From contig JAUCBJ010005012.1 of the NCBI GenBank assembly GCA_032718475.1, forward strand, positions 1-62,763: 62,763 nucleotides of DNA, written 5' to 3'. Shown here piece by piece: positions 50,801-62,763 of this stretch (within the stretch, counting starts at the first letter, position 1; each line of letters begins with the position of its first letter). The notes beneath the pieces are model-generated. The model made no database searches. It was not told the DNA's origin and saw only the letters and a program-made list of their open reading frames with translations. The translations under genes were made by a program, and so were the position numbers. Source of the DNA: Nemertoderma westbladi. Taxonomy: Eukaryota > Animalia > Xenacoelomorpha.

Positions 50801-53800
50801 AACGGAATAGGTGCAGCGTCTCTCAACCCCAAAGTTCACGCTGTAAATATGATGGGTCTACAACTCCTGAAGAAACACGTGTTGACGACACGTGAATTCC
50901 TAACATTCCATCCTAGTCAGTACCTACGACTGGGTTCGAGATTCGACACACTGTGCATTGACATCGTGCGCGCCTGGTTGCTACGATACGCTCATGATGT
51001 CACTAAAACACACACACTAATGACTATCGACTCAGCGAAGTTATCTCGTCTGAGGTTGAAAGATCCTCTTTTGGATACCGTTGTTCAAAACGATTTACAA
51101 CGCAATGTCGATAGTTTAATATCCTCTACGAAACAACCTTTACGAGTGATAGGATTGTCTTTGGATAACTTTACTGATCCCGAATACCAAATGATTAAAA
51201 AATCCAACAGAGCAACTGAGAGTTCAGGTAACGAGCCTCCCTCCGTGGAGACTACGGTACCGATTGGACGTGTTACTGTCCCTCAGATATCGGATGTTAT
51301 AGGGAGAGCTGAGGTTGAGGCTCAGGCGATATACGTTAATACCTTCCAACTACAGATGCATATCGCAATTCTGAGTGACAGGGTATACATTACAAGGGTG
51401 ATCGATCAAACTGTAACCCGGGCAGGTTAGTGGCACAATAAATAATATCAAACTGTAACCCGGCAGGTTAGTGGCACAATAAATAATATCAAACTGTAAC
51501 CTGGGCAGGTTAGTGGCACAATAAATAATATCAAACTGTAACCTGGGCAGGTTAGTGGCACAATAAATAATATCAAATTCTAACCTGGGCAGGTTAGTGG
51601 CACAATAAATAATATCAAACTGTAACCTGGGCAGGTTAGTGGCACAATAAATAATATCAAACTGTAACCTGGGCAGGTTAGTGGCACAATAAATAATATC
51701 AAACTGTAACCTGGACAGGTTAGTGGCACAATAAATAATATCAAACTGTAACCTGGGCAGGGCAGGTTAGTGACACAATAAATAATATCAAACTGTAACC
51801 CGGGCAGGTTAGTGGCAAAATAAATAATAATAAACTGTAACCTGGGCAGGTTAGTGGCACAATAAATAATATCAAACTGTAACCTGGACAGGTTAGTGGC
51901 ACAATAAATAATATCAAACTGTAACCTGGGCAGGGCAGGTAAGTGTTATACTGATGGTGTATTATGTTACGCCAAACAACTAGTTATATTTATAGAGCCA
52001 ACAATATGTATATTATAGTTCAAAGTCTATATCTCGCAGCACTGCACACAACAGCACAACCGCACAGCAGACCACCACCCTACCAACCACGCTACCAATA
52101 CCGGTACCTCGCTCTACCCCTCTAGGCCCGGAACAACCTCCCTCCCCATGGGGCTAGCCATGTGTCTAGCCTTTATGCTTATACTACATCTCCCCCAGTT
52201 CTCAAGGAACTCATTAGTTTGTGAACCCATACGCTTGGGGCGGCCGCGACTCACGCCCACTCCGAGTTCTAATGACTGCGTTCACTCCTTCATCCAGTTG
52301 ATTGCTCGGAGTATTGTCCGTTTCAGCCTCAGAATCTCCAGATATTTTGTTTCCAGTGCTAGAAATTGTCTCGTAGTCATCATCGGACTCTGAATCACTG
52401 TTTGCATCGTATACTGGATTTAGATTAATCTGGGGGGACTTTGCTGTGCTCTGTCCCTTAGCCAATCGTACGTCCTGAAGGTGCCTACGAACTCCCTCTA
52501 TTGTGACTGATCGATTGTCTGGAACACCTTCGATTATTTTTGGTCCCTTCCATCTCCTAAAACAGCGCCAATGACAATCCGGTTTAACGTAAACCCAATC
52601 TCCTGCTTTGTATGTGTTTATAAGCGCAGGTTGTGGTTCGTTGTGACATTTAGTTACACCTGGTAATTTATTAATTTTGTTTTGTAATACTTTTTCCAAT
52701 GGTGTTTTCTTGTCACTGCCTACTGTCCTGTTATACCAGAATGTGACCTTGATAGGTTCTTTTTTCGTCCTGGCCGACCAGGATTTGATGGTTCTGTGGA
52801 TACGTTCCACTGGGTTCCCTTTAGGCCTGTAAGCACAAGTTAGTGTGAGTTTTACTTCCCATTTTTCCAGAAATTGTTTAAATTTTTTGCTACGGAATGA
52901 TCCATTATCTGCAATAACTTCATTGGGTGGTCCCCATTCTATAAACACACTCTGTAGTTTTGAAATGACGCCATCTATTGATTTGTTTGGAACTTTGTGC
53001 CAGATAGTGAAATTTGAACAGCAATCTAATATAGTGACGTAGCTACTTTGTTTATAGTCTGTAAAATCTATTGAGAGGCGGTCCCAGGGCAGCTCAGTTT
53101 TTGAAGTTCCTGTGGGCATTTTAACTGGTGGAGGGTCAATGCTCCGACATTCAGTGCAATTGTTTAAAATGTCTGTAAATATGCCCTTCTTTATTTGAGT
53201 TCCATTAAGTTCTCTGTCCATTTTACAAAGGTTCTCTAAGCGTTCAGCACCGATGTGAGCAATATTGTGTAATTTTGTAGCACGTTCCTTTATATCAGCC
53301 TCACTCATAGGTTGATATTTTGATTCGTTGGTTTCCTCTACACCAATAGCTGCGCTTGTAAGTGTCTCGATATTTTTTAGCCACTTCTTTGGTATGCGGG
53401 TTAGAATGTCAGCTCGATTCTTTGCTGATTGAACGAGTTCTATGGATACTGTCAACTCATATTCTTTGATAGTGTCTTTCAGTACTTCAAGTCGGCGCCT
53501 AATAAGCATTTTTGATAGACCATTTGTGCGTAGCCGGTGCTCGTCATTAAGCCTCGACTTGACCCAGCCGTATACTGGAGCTGAGTCTGTGTATACTTTC
53601 AGTTTCTTTAGACCCCATTCTAATCCCATGTTGACACCTTGGATTAAAGCTGTTAGTTCTGCAGAGTTTATGTGCTCTGGATCTGAGTCCTTCCTTAGCC
53701 ACGCACCATCTTCTGCCGTTCGCCCTCCGATTCGAACCATAGCCCCTGTTGCTAGGTTACTAGCGTCTACCCATACATCGCCTTCAACACCAGTACCAAT

Positions 53801-56800
53801 TGGCCATTCTCCTTTTACCGGGTCGTCAACCTTTATACGTTGTATAATTTCTATGAGTTTCTCACGTATAGCATCGCTAACGATTTCGTTCATAGGCACC
53901 GGGGCTGCCTGGCGCTGTAGCCAACTCAGTGCGACCCTTAACCATCCCCCAATCAGGTAATTCCCTCGCAGAGTACCGATTATGGACAGGAGTTGCCTGT
54001 GGGTAATTTTTCCATCAATTTTATCGGGGTTGGGAACTGATGTATCTCGCCGCCATTTCCCATCGGAGACGTATACCCCAAGGATTCGTGCTCCATCTTT
54101 GAGTTCAGTTCCGGGTTTAGTAACAAGACCGTATCTAGTGAAGTGGTCACGTACCTCATCTACAGTAACTCCAGTTGAAAGGTCAACATAGATGTCATCC
54201 CTAAACGTACTTGTTGCATCTTTAATTCGTTTGTTTTGTCGGCGGGTCTCATCAACGATATCATCGAGAATCTTAGGAGCAGGGCCAAGGCCAAACCCCA
54301 GTCGTGTCATTGCATATCGTTTACCGTTATAGACTACAGTTTGGTATGGATGCAGCCCATCGGCAATCCTGATTTGCATGTAGGCCCATTTTAGGTCAAT
54401 TATAGCAGTTTTGTTCCCCATACGTATCCAGTTACGTAGTTTTTCATTACTGGCAGCCGCCTCAGTACCTGGCTGTTTAATTATGTATTCATTGAGTTCC
54501 CGAAAATCCATAATGGGACGAACCCTGTCCTTCCTAGGCTCATGCTTCCCCATGAGCGGAATCAGTCCCTTTACAATCCCATTATATTCTACCAGCCAAC
54601 CTTGTTCTATCCATTCCTCCATGGCTTTGGCATATTTACTTTTTAAGTGTTCTGGTATATTGTATTCTTTTACTCGATTGGTCAGTCTTGTGGGGCCAGT
54701 TCCCTTTTCAAATTTATATTCGGCTTCCCAGTAATTACCATTAAATGTTGCCGAATAATCAGTTTTTTCTATTTTAATTTTTTGAGTTTCTGCGGCAGTC
54801 AATTCTGCAGCAGGGTTAGTGCCTATTGCTGCAATGTTTTGTGAATTACCGGTACACTTTTCTGTTAATAAAGTTTTGAACCTTCCGTTATCTAGTTGAT
54901 ATAATGATATTCCCCCAACTTCTTTAATTAGGTCCCAACCAAAAATCACATCCTGTCCACCAACAAGTTTTTGTACCACAGAAAATACCCATTGAATTTT
55001 GTGCCCTGTATCCAGTTCTACAGTAGTTTTAAATTGCCTCCCCATATCTACTGTACGAGTCCCATCTAGCATTATTATATCCTTAGGCTTATCCTTAGTT
55101 ATATTTATAGAGCCAACAATATGTATATTATAGTTCAAAGTCTATATCTCGCAGCACTGCACACAACAGCACAACCGCACAGCAGACCACCACCCTACCA
55201 ACCACGCTACCAATACCGGTACCTCGCTCTACCCCTCTAGGCCCGGAACAACCTCCCTCCCCATGGGGCTAGCCATGTGTCTAGCCTTTATGCTTATACT
55301 ACAGTAAGTGACACAATAAATAATATCAAACTGTAACCCGGGCAGGTTAGTGGCACAATAAATAATATCAAACTGTAACCTGGGCAGGTTAGTGGCACAA
55401 TAGATCAAACTGTAACCTGGGCAGGTTAGTGGCACAATAAATAATATCAAACTGTAACCCGGCAGGTTAGTGACACAATAAATAATATCAAACTGTAACC
55501 CGGGCAGGTTAGTGGCACAATAAATAATATCAAACTGTAACCTGGGCAGGTTAGTGGCACAATATATCAAACTGTAACCTGGGCAGGTTAGTGGCACAAT
55601 AAATAATATCAAACTGTAACCCGGCAGGTTAGTGACACAATAAATAATATCAAACTGTAACCCGGGCAGGTTAGTGGCACAATAAATAATATCAAACTGT
55701 AACCTGGGCAGGTTAGTGGCACAATAAATAATATAAAACTGTAACCTGGGCAGGTTAGTGGCACAACAGATCAAACTGTAACCTGGGCAGGTTAGTGGCA
55801 CAATAAATAATATCAAACTGTAACCTGGGCAGGTTAGTGACACAATAAATAATATCAAACTGTAACCCGGGCAGGTTAGTGGCACAATAAATAATATCAA
55901 ACTGTAACCTGGGCAGGTTAGTGGCACGATAAATAATATGAAACTGTAACTGGAGCAAATATTGGCACAATATATCAAATTGTATATAGAGTATTTTCTG
56001 AAGAATGAGTCCGTTTTTTGGCAAATAGAATTTGGATATATTTTCATGATTATGTATTATAACTACTAATGTAATATAATACATCAGCTACTGTATAGTG
56101 TATATTATAAAATTTTACATCATTTATTTATTGTATTATATATTTATAATTAACGTAAAAATAGCTTGAATTTGATGTGCAGTTATGAGGTGAAGGGTAT
56201 TTTTTTCAAAAATTCGCATTGGATAAGAAAGAATGTTATGACTAAATATGTTTTACATGTTTATTATTTCCATATATAGAAACTCAAGATGGCACCACTT
56301 ACAACGTTATTCAAGGTAGTTTGCATATAGAAGATACTCATGTGTCCTTCAAGGTATCTAATACGGACGGGAATACCGTATCGCTAAGTCAACCGATAGA
56401 TAACAATAAACTAATGGCGCCATCTATGATGGTCCAATTAAAGAACCACGCAAAATCTGCGGACGAAAATCTGAAAAAGGTTAGTCATTCAATGAGACAT
56501 GAGTCAATGATGATTCAATGAGTCAATTGATGCAGTCCATGCTAATGGTATAAATCTGCTGAGGCCTGTCCTGGTAGGCAAACTACTGTATCTTGCAATT
56601 TAAAAAGCAGAAAAGCAGAATCCCCTGCAGATCGATCGCCTGGCCTAAATTAATGAAGTGAGGTGATAATTACGGGTCAGAGATTATTAATAATGCATAA
56701 TGTTAAATACGGTTACGGCATCAAAGGTTTTAAAGTATAAGAATGTCATTATTACCCGGTTGTTTTGATATTTTACGAGATATTTCCCCGAGGGCCAAGT

Positions 56801-59800
56801 TGAAAAGTGATTGTAAAGAGCAGGCCCGTAGCCAGGATTTCTTAGTTCGGTAGGCGAGGGAAAATCAGGGTAAGCAGGACCAAATGTGGATTTGGATAAT
56901 TATTATAATACATTTTAATTGTGTAGGTAGACAGCAAAAGTACAGTAGAGCGCCTATATGGAGTCAGCTATTTGTATACAAAGCACAACATAAACAAGCG
57001 CGAAATGGCGCAGGTCCGCGTCTACCAGTGTACTAACGCATGAACTGTCTCTTTGAATGGCTTACTACCAATCTTACTACCAAAAAAAATGGTAGGTGCT
57101 ACAATGCACAACGAGCAACAATGACCAACAACGAGCAACAATGAGCAACAACGAGCAACAATGAGCAACAACGAGCAACAATGAGCAACAACGAGCAACA
57201 ATGAGCAATAATAAAGTATAACAATGAGCAACAACGAGCAACAATGAGCAACAACGAGCAACAATGAGCAACAACGATCAACAATGAGCAACAACGAGCA
57301 ACAATGAGCAATAATAAAGTACAACAATGAGCAACAACGAGCAACAATGAGCAACAACGAGCAACAATGAGCAATAATAAAGTACAACAATGAGCAACAA
57401 TGACCAACAACGAGCAACAATGAGCAACAACGAGCAACAATGAGCAACAACGAGCAACAATGAGCAACAACGAGCAACAACGAGCAACAAAGAGCAACAG
57501 CGAGCAACAACGAGAAACAATGAGCAACAACGAGCAACAATGGGCAATAATAAAGTACAACAATGAGCAACAATGACCAACAATGAGCAACAGTGACCAA
57601 CAATGAGCAACAATGACCAACAACGAGCAACAATGAGCAACAACGAGCAACAATGAGCAATAATAAACTACAACAACGAGCAACAATGACCAACAATGAG
57701 CAACAATGAGCAACAACGAGCAACAATGAGCAACAACGAGCAACAATGAGCAAGAACGAGCAACAATGAGCAACAACGAGCAACAATGAGCAATAATAAA
57801 ATACAACAATGAGCAGCAATGACCAACAATGAGCAACAATGACCAACAACGAGCAACAATGAGCAACAATGAGCAACAACGAGCAACAATGAGCAACAAC
57901 AAGCAACAATGAGCAACAACGAGCAACAATGAGCAACAACGAGCAACAATGAGCAACAACGAGCAACAATGAGCAATAATAAAGTACAACAATGACCAAC
58001 AATGACCAACAATGAGCAACAATGAGCAACAACGAGCAACAATGAGCAACAACGAGCAACAATGAGCAAGAACGAGCAACAATGAGCAACAACGAGCAAC
58101 AATGAGCAATAATAAAATACAACAATGAGCAGCAATGACCAACAATGAGCAACAATGACCAACAACGAGCAACAATGAGCAACAATGAGCAACAACGAGC
58201 AACAATGAGCAACAACAAGCAACAATGAGCAACAAAGAGCAACAATGAGCAACAACGAGCAACAACGAGCAACAATGAGCAACAACGAGCAACAATGAGC
58301 AATAATAAAGTACAACAATGACCAACAATGAGCAACAATGACCAACAACGAGCAACAATGAACAAAAATAAAGTACAACAATGAGCAACAATGAGCAACA
58401 ATGAGCAACAACGAGCAACAATGAGCAATAATAAAGTACAACAATGGGCAACAACGAGCAACAATTATCGGACAGTGACTTCCAGGTTCTTCCAGGTTGC
58501 CAATTTCTGACAAAAGACGGGCCTTCAAAAGGGCCAAAATTACGGAAATTGTTTCAATAAATTTTTTAGACGAGGTTCATTTACAGTAACTATGAAAATT
58601 GTAATTAAATGATTATTGATAATTATAATATTGCTTGATTGATGATTACAATTATTATAATAATTAATTATTAAATAAATGGTAAAGTAATAGTAAATCA
58701 TTTTTTGTAATATTGTATTATTAGGTAGGGTGCTCTTTAATGTAGCTAAATTTTTTTACTGATGTTCCATCAATGTGATCGGCAAAATTCATCATCCAAT
58801 TTTATCTTTCTTTGCCTACTTCCACGTTACATACTTTTTACCGAACAAGGTCGGGTATATATTAATATTTTGCGATAACAATATAACTATTCGGAAAACA
58901 GCGCTTTTTTCAATGTCATTTTTAGTTTAGTAATATTCGACTATTATTATATCAGAGTGGTCGAGTATTGCACGAGTTGATAACATGTTACAGACTGTAA
59001 CATGTTACAGACTATAGTAACCCAATAACAAAAGTTAGATGGAACTAAGGGAAGCATCGTACGTTCTATTAAAATAATACTGTGCCACAATTAGTGAGCG
59101 AAGCTACTAGCGCACAATTTCAATTAGTATTAGGGCCTGATATCATGTCCGTCCGTCTGTCGTCTGTCTGTCTGTCCGTTTGTCTGTAATGGAAAATTCT
59201 ATCGTTTTGAAGCCTTTGCTCCATTTCAACCTAATTTGGATGGACCTACTAGAGGAAAAGTTACAATATTTTGAAAATTTTTGCGGGGGCATTCATGCTG
59301 CACGAGTCAAGTACTCGGGGTACCCGTTCTCGAGTAACCAGCCGCTCATGCTGCGCGACGCTACACATACGTTCATACGTTTATTTATATACTGCGAGAC
59401 ATTCGAATAGGCTGGAGTTCTGAAGTGCTATAGTGGAACCACAAACATATCCAATCCACACACATACATACTAATAAAGGTGCCGTGATGTCGGGTTATA
59501 ATTCTACCCAAGCTCTCCGAAATGTTGATCCAATCGACGGTAAACAAACCGAAAATATACAAAAAAACCATACCAAATTCAGGATCTTCATAACTCGGTG
59601 AAAAGGGCTCCTTACCGCAACGCTTGCGTTGCGTTTCTAGTACGAGTACTGGCTATGGGCCTGGTAAAGAGTGTGGCCCAAGTGATTTTCCCTTGGAAAA
59701 AAATAGTATTATATATAATAATGAAATATACATTTTATTTATTATTATTAAATTATTCTTCAAAAGAACACAAATAATTTTTCAGGTTACTGGAGCGGAT

Positions 59801-59903
59801 GAAGAAACACCTCCACCGCCAACAACAACCCAGCAAGTAGCCACAGCTGTTGGTAAAGTTATGGGTGTTTATAGTTGTTTGAATGGACTCAACCACATTA
59901 TTG
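47896..59903 (+). CDS. Spliced gene for a probably secreted peptidase-C80 (MARTX CPD)-like domain protein; exons 47896-47992, 48291-48454, 48793-50215, 50745-51425, 56280-56479, 59786-59903; 3' end not found in the window
   Basis: All five introns are GT-AG with matching phases (1,0,1,1,0) and the joined frame is open. Hydrophobic N-terminus MYIGLFIIAVIINYIKVGEG. CPD-like motifs NQIIVAM..DPVLESVALNLYDAHP, RIVLIGFA and LDVVGC. Confidence 0.75.
48560..48636 (+). mobile_element. tRNA-derived SINE-like sequence in intron 2
   Basis: A box TAGCTCAGTAGGTTGAGC and B box GGTTCGAGCCC; ends do not form an acceptor stem. Confidence 0.5.
51944..55303 (-). mobile_element. Ty3/Gypsy-like LTR retrotransposon with gag/PBS deletion
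   Basis: 3' LTR 51944-52188 (TG..CA); truncated 5' LTR 55096-55303; TSD GTAAG at 51939-51943 and 55304-55308; PPT from 52189. Confidence 0.9.
52214..55095 (-). CDS. Pol (partial PR, RT, RNase H, integrase), open frame
   Basis: VRPIMDFRELN, IDLKWAYMQI, RLGFGLGPAP, FRDD, WVDAS..HINSAEL..YTDS..NRADILTR, H-x4-H..C-x2-C, LSIDF..ADNG..VERIHRTIK. Confidence 0.88.
57107..58464. repeat. 10-bp satellite (AACAA(T/C)GAGC) with periodic AATAATAAAGTAC variants
   Basis: Direct inspection; source of the spurious CCSLLL ORFs. Confidence 0.97.
59128..59312 (+). mobile_element. HINE/DINE-1-like non-autonomous element remnant
   Basis: (GTCC/CTGT)n microsatellite at 59147-59186 and a GCGGGGGCATTCATG end motif. 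Confidence 0.4.
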
Positions 59904-60183
59904 GTAGGTTTACATTATAATATTATAAAAATGGTTATTATAATTATAACATAATAAATTTGTTAGGCAAACAAACTCTGTCTGTGCCTTATTGAGATCC
60001 TCGCGGCACTTCCGTGTTCCGTCCAGGGTAGAGTGCCCTTTTTCTACTTCGAGGATATACAGGTATATAGGAACTATATACGGATACTGTTGAGTTGACT
60101 GTAGGTCAACCTACCAACTACTGATCTACGATAGGCTGCCTGATCCTACCGGTACCTGTTTCCCAGTTTCCACGTGTTTATTA

Positions 60184-61269
60184 ATGTTTCTGCGGCGCAG
60201 AAACTTATCGCCAGTACAACTAATCGCCTGGTTTACATCGATAGCGTTTATAGCGACGCTAATGGTAGGCGAATTCCTCAGCTTCAGTTATAACTCCAAC
60301 AAGTGGCGAACATTACGTTATTCGGACGCAGAACGTTCCACGGTATTCCTGCTAATCGGGGACCCCCAACTGATTGGGGAACGCGAGGAACCATGGCCGA
60401 TCGGGTTCGCTTCTCGAAGCGACTCGGATTTATTCCTCCGTCGCGGTTTCCTCCGGGCGTTCCGACGAACTCGGCCGGACGTCGTCGTCTTCCTCGGAGA
60501 TCTCTTCGACGAAGGATCCACGACGCTTGACCCCGCCGAATTCGAACGTTACGCTGAACGATTCCGGAATATATTCCGGGAGGCTTTCCAAGAAGCCTCA
60601 ACTATTCTAGTCGACGGCGACAATGATATCGGGGGGGAAGGACGCGAATTAATTCTCGAATCCTCAGTAGACCGATTCAACCGATTAGCTAACCGTCTCG
60701 AAACAGAACTACCTGTCTCATCGCACTGGCTCCGTCTGTGTACAGTTAGTATCCAAGAGAAACTACGTTGTTTCAATGACTCAAACCACACAGATCGGAT
60801 AAACATCTTATTTACTCACTGGTTTAAACGCATAGAAAGATACAAAAGGACTTCTTCTTTCACCGACTTACAAGGAGCTAGAAAACCTCGTTTAGTAGTT
60901 AGCGCTCACGCTCACTATACAGTGATCCGCACATTTACCGATATCGAATACAAAAGAAGGTTTATCACACCTTCAGACGACGCCCCTATTACTTTAGATC
61001 TAACGTCAGACCGTCTGTACAACTTCCAGGTTCCTACTTGTAGTTATAGAATGGGTGTTAGTGCTATCGGCTACGGGGTTCTACTATTGACGGAGGGTGC
61101 TGGTAAGGTAACCGCTACTCTCTCTGTGTACTGGCTGCCCCAACGCTACCCTTACATTGTGCTTTATCTCGTGTGGGTCATGGTACTGGTTTTGTGCGCG
61201 TCTGTTAAAATAATCCCTTTGGATGTGAAATCGAGGTTTTTGAGACGAGTTCGATTGCTTTGTAGCTAA
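60184..61269 (+). CDS. Intronless MPPE1/Cdc1/Ted1-family metallophosphoesterase with N- and C-terminal TM helices
   Basis: LLIGDPQL, SDSDLFLRR, PDVVVFLGDLFDEG, GDNDIGGE, SAHAH, VPTCSYRMG, WLPQRYP; intact 361-aa ORF. Confidence 0.85.
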   Translation: MFLRRRNLSPVQLIAWFTSIAFIATLMVGEFLSFSYNSNKWRTLRYSDAERSTVFLLIGDPQLIGEREEPWPIGFASRSDSDLFLRRGFLRAFRRTRPDVVVFLGDLFDEGSTTLDPAEFERYAERFRNIFREAFQEASTILVDGDNDIGGEGRELILESSVDRFNRLANRLETELPVSSHWLRLCTVSIQEKLRCFNDSNHTDRINILFTHWFKRIERYKRTSSFTDLQGARKPRLVVSAHAHYTVIRTFTDIEYKRRFITPSDDAPITLDLTSDRLYNFQVPTCSYRMGVSAIGYGVLLLTEGAGKVTATLSVYWLPQRYPYIVLYLVWVMVLVLCASVKIIPLDVKSRFLRRVRLLCS

Positions 61270-61914
61270 GGTGTTGTTTACTATTTATTTATATTTGGCA
61301 ATACAGTCTACGTCACAATAATACAGTTTGATCTAATAACTATTTACATTATTGTATGAAAAGTATCACATTTCAACTTTATGACCCGGGTGTATGAGCC
61401 GAGGGAGCGCAGCGAGGAATCTTTACATAAATATACAAGAGTCATAAACAAACGTTACCTAGATTATCGTTTGCGTTACGTAATGTTAATAAGATAAGAA
61501 ATGTAGATAAGTAATGTTACTGGGGTATTTTAACTTATTTTATACGGAATATCCATAACTTTATCGTATAAAAATTTGTGAAAAACAATGATAAAGTGTA
61601 CCATTTAATCAAATATTTATATATAATTAATTAAACATTATATAATTGATGATATAACAATTTACATACTTGTGTGTAAAGTACCACTTTACAGTGTGAT
61701 GATCCGAGTGGCTTTGTTACACGAACGAACGTTAGTGAGTGAGTGAAAATAAAGCCACGAGGATCAGAACACTGTAAAGTACTTTGCAACAAGTATGTAT
61801 GTACGTTTTATTCCAAAATTGTAACATTACGAAATGATTGTACATATACATTATAAGTGTATGGTGGCCGACTGCTGCCACATAAACCATCAATGTCTAA
61901 TAAAAATAATCGGT

Positions 61915-62160
61915 TAAAAAATCAATAAAAAAATTCAATAAAAAAAATTTCAATAAAAAATTTCAATAAAAAATTTCAATAAAAAATTCAATAAAAAATT
62001 TCAATAAAAAATTAAATAAAAAAAATTTCAATAAAAAAAATTAAAAAAAAATTCAATAAAAAAAAATTCAATAAAAAAATTCAATAAAAAAAATTTCAAT
62101 AAAAAAAATTACAAAAAAATTCAATAAAAAAATTCAATAAAAAAAATTCAATAAAAAAAT
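61915..62160. repeat. AT-rich ~12-14-bp tandem repeat (AAAAAATTCAAT)
   Basis: Direct inspection. Confidence 0.9.
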
Positions 62161-62763
62161 ATGTTAAATTTTTTTCTTAAACCCACCGTGGCCTACAGCT
62201 GCCAGGTATTCATTTAATACTAACCACTGCAGTTATATTATACTGTATAGGTGGCAGTACTCGGCCACAGCGAAATAGAAAAAAAAATTGCAAAGTAAAA
62301 TTGAATTCACACGTGGCCGACTGCTGCCAAATACTTTCAAACACATGGAAACATGGCCTACAGCTGCCAAAATGTGTATTTCCTGCAGTATCATTAACTA
62401 ACATACTGTTTTGCTGTACCGGTAGGCTTCCAGTATCCTGTAGTTCGAGATTAGTTTCAGTATTCCGGTACTGAAATTCAAGCTACGAGCCTACATCAGT
62501 AGGCCTACATACAAATCTTGTAGGTACAATGCGGCAGCAGTGATCAGGCCCGGGACGGTAGGTAATTTAAGGGTTTCTGCTAATAATGGCATGGAATAGT
62601 GATTATGGTTTAAAATCATTTCTCAGTGAAGCTGTTGCGCAAAATTGGTCGAGAAAAGAGTTGCTGCCTGCAGCAAAATCTAAATTTGGTCAGTATCCTT
62701 GGTCAATGAGAAGTTTGGATCGGCGTCTGAAGTTTTTTGAAATCAGTTACATCAATTATAATG

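Larger units (their letters stand above)
51405..55960. repeat. 42-bp minisatellite (51405-51943 and 55309-55960) interrupted by a Gypsy element
   Basis: Unit ATCAAACTGTAACC(T/C)GGGCAGGTTAGTGGCACAATAAATAAT. Confidence 0.95.

Noticed and set aside
51405-55960. CRISPR-like appearance and ORF 55229-56047
   Set aside because: Units are contiguous with no unique spacers and no cas genes; this is a eukaryotic minisatellite.
56552-56595. Hammerhead-like CTGCTGA-GGCCT..AGGC-AAAA
   Set aside because: The core is mutated (CTGC for CTGA, no GAAA) and stems I/III are unconvincing.
57022-58537. Long Cys/Leu-rich ORFs on the minus strand
   Set aside because: They are translations of a 10-bp satellite, open in all three frames.

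Overview
This is a eukaryotic (animal-like, intron-containing) window. The first ~46 kb is a nested stack of transposons. The core is a ~29 kb BEL/Pao LTR retrotransposon (11838-40828, minus strand; ~16.5 kb once nested inserts are removed) that split an RTE LINE. It was itself hit by a young gag-only LTR element, a Chapaev DNA transposon and a Penelope fragment. In the env position it carries a large extra ORF with a DEDDy/WRN-like 3'-5' exonuclease domain and three CCHC-type zinc knuckles. The same ORF precedes the PPT/LTR in a sister copy (1-2371), and a divergent homolog precedes an LTR of a second BEL-like family (43.6-46.3 kb). Tandem/inverted hammerhead-ribozyme repeats lie at 2.8-3.5 kb. 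From 47.9 kb a spliced host gene encodes a probably secreted protein with a MARTX/TcdB-type peptidase C80-like domain lacking the catalytic His. Its introns hold a splice-donor-containing minisatellite, a Gypsy element, a 10-bp satellite and an intronless MPPE1-like metallophosphoesterase. All family assignments are from motif recognition by eye, not from database searches.
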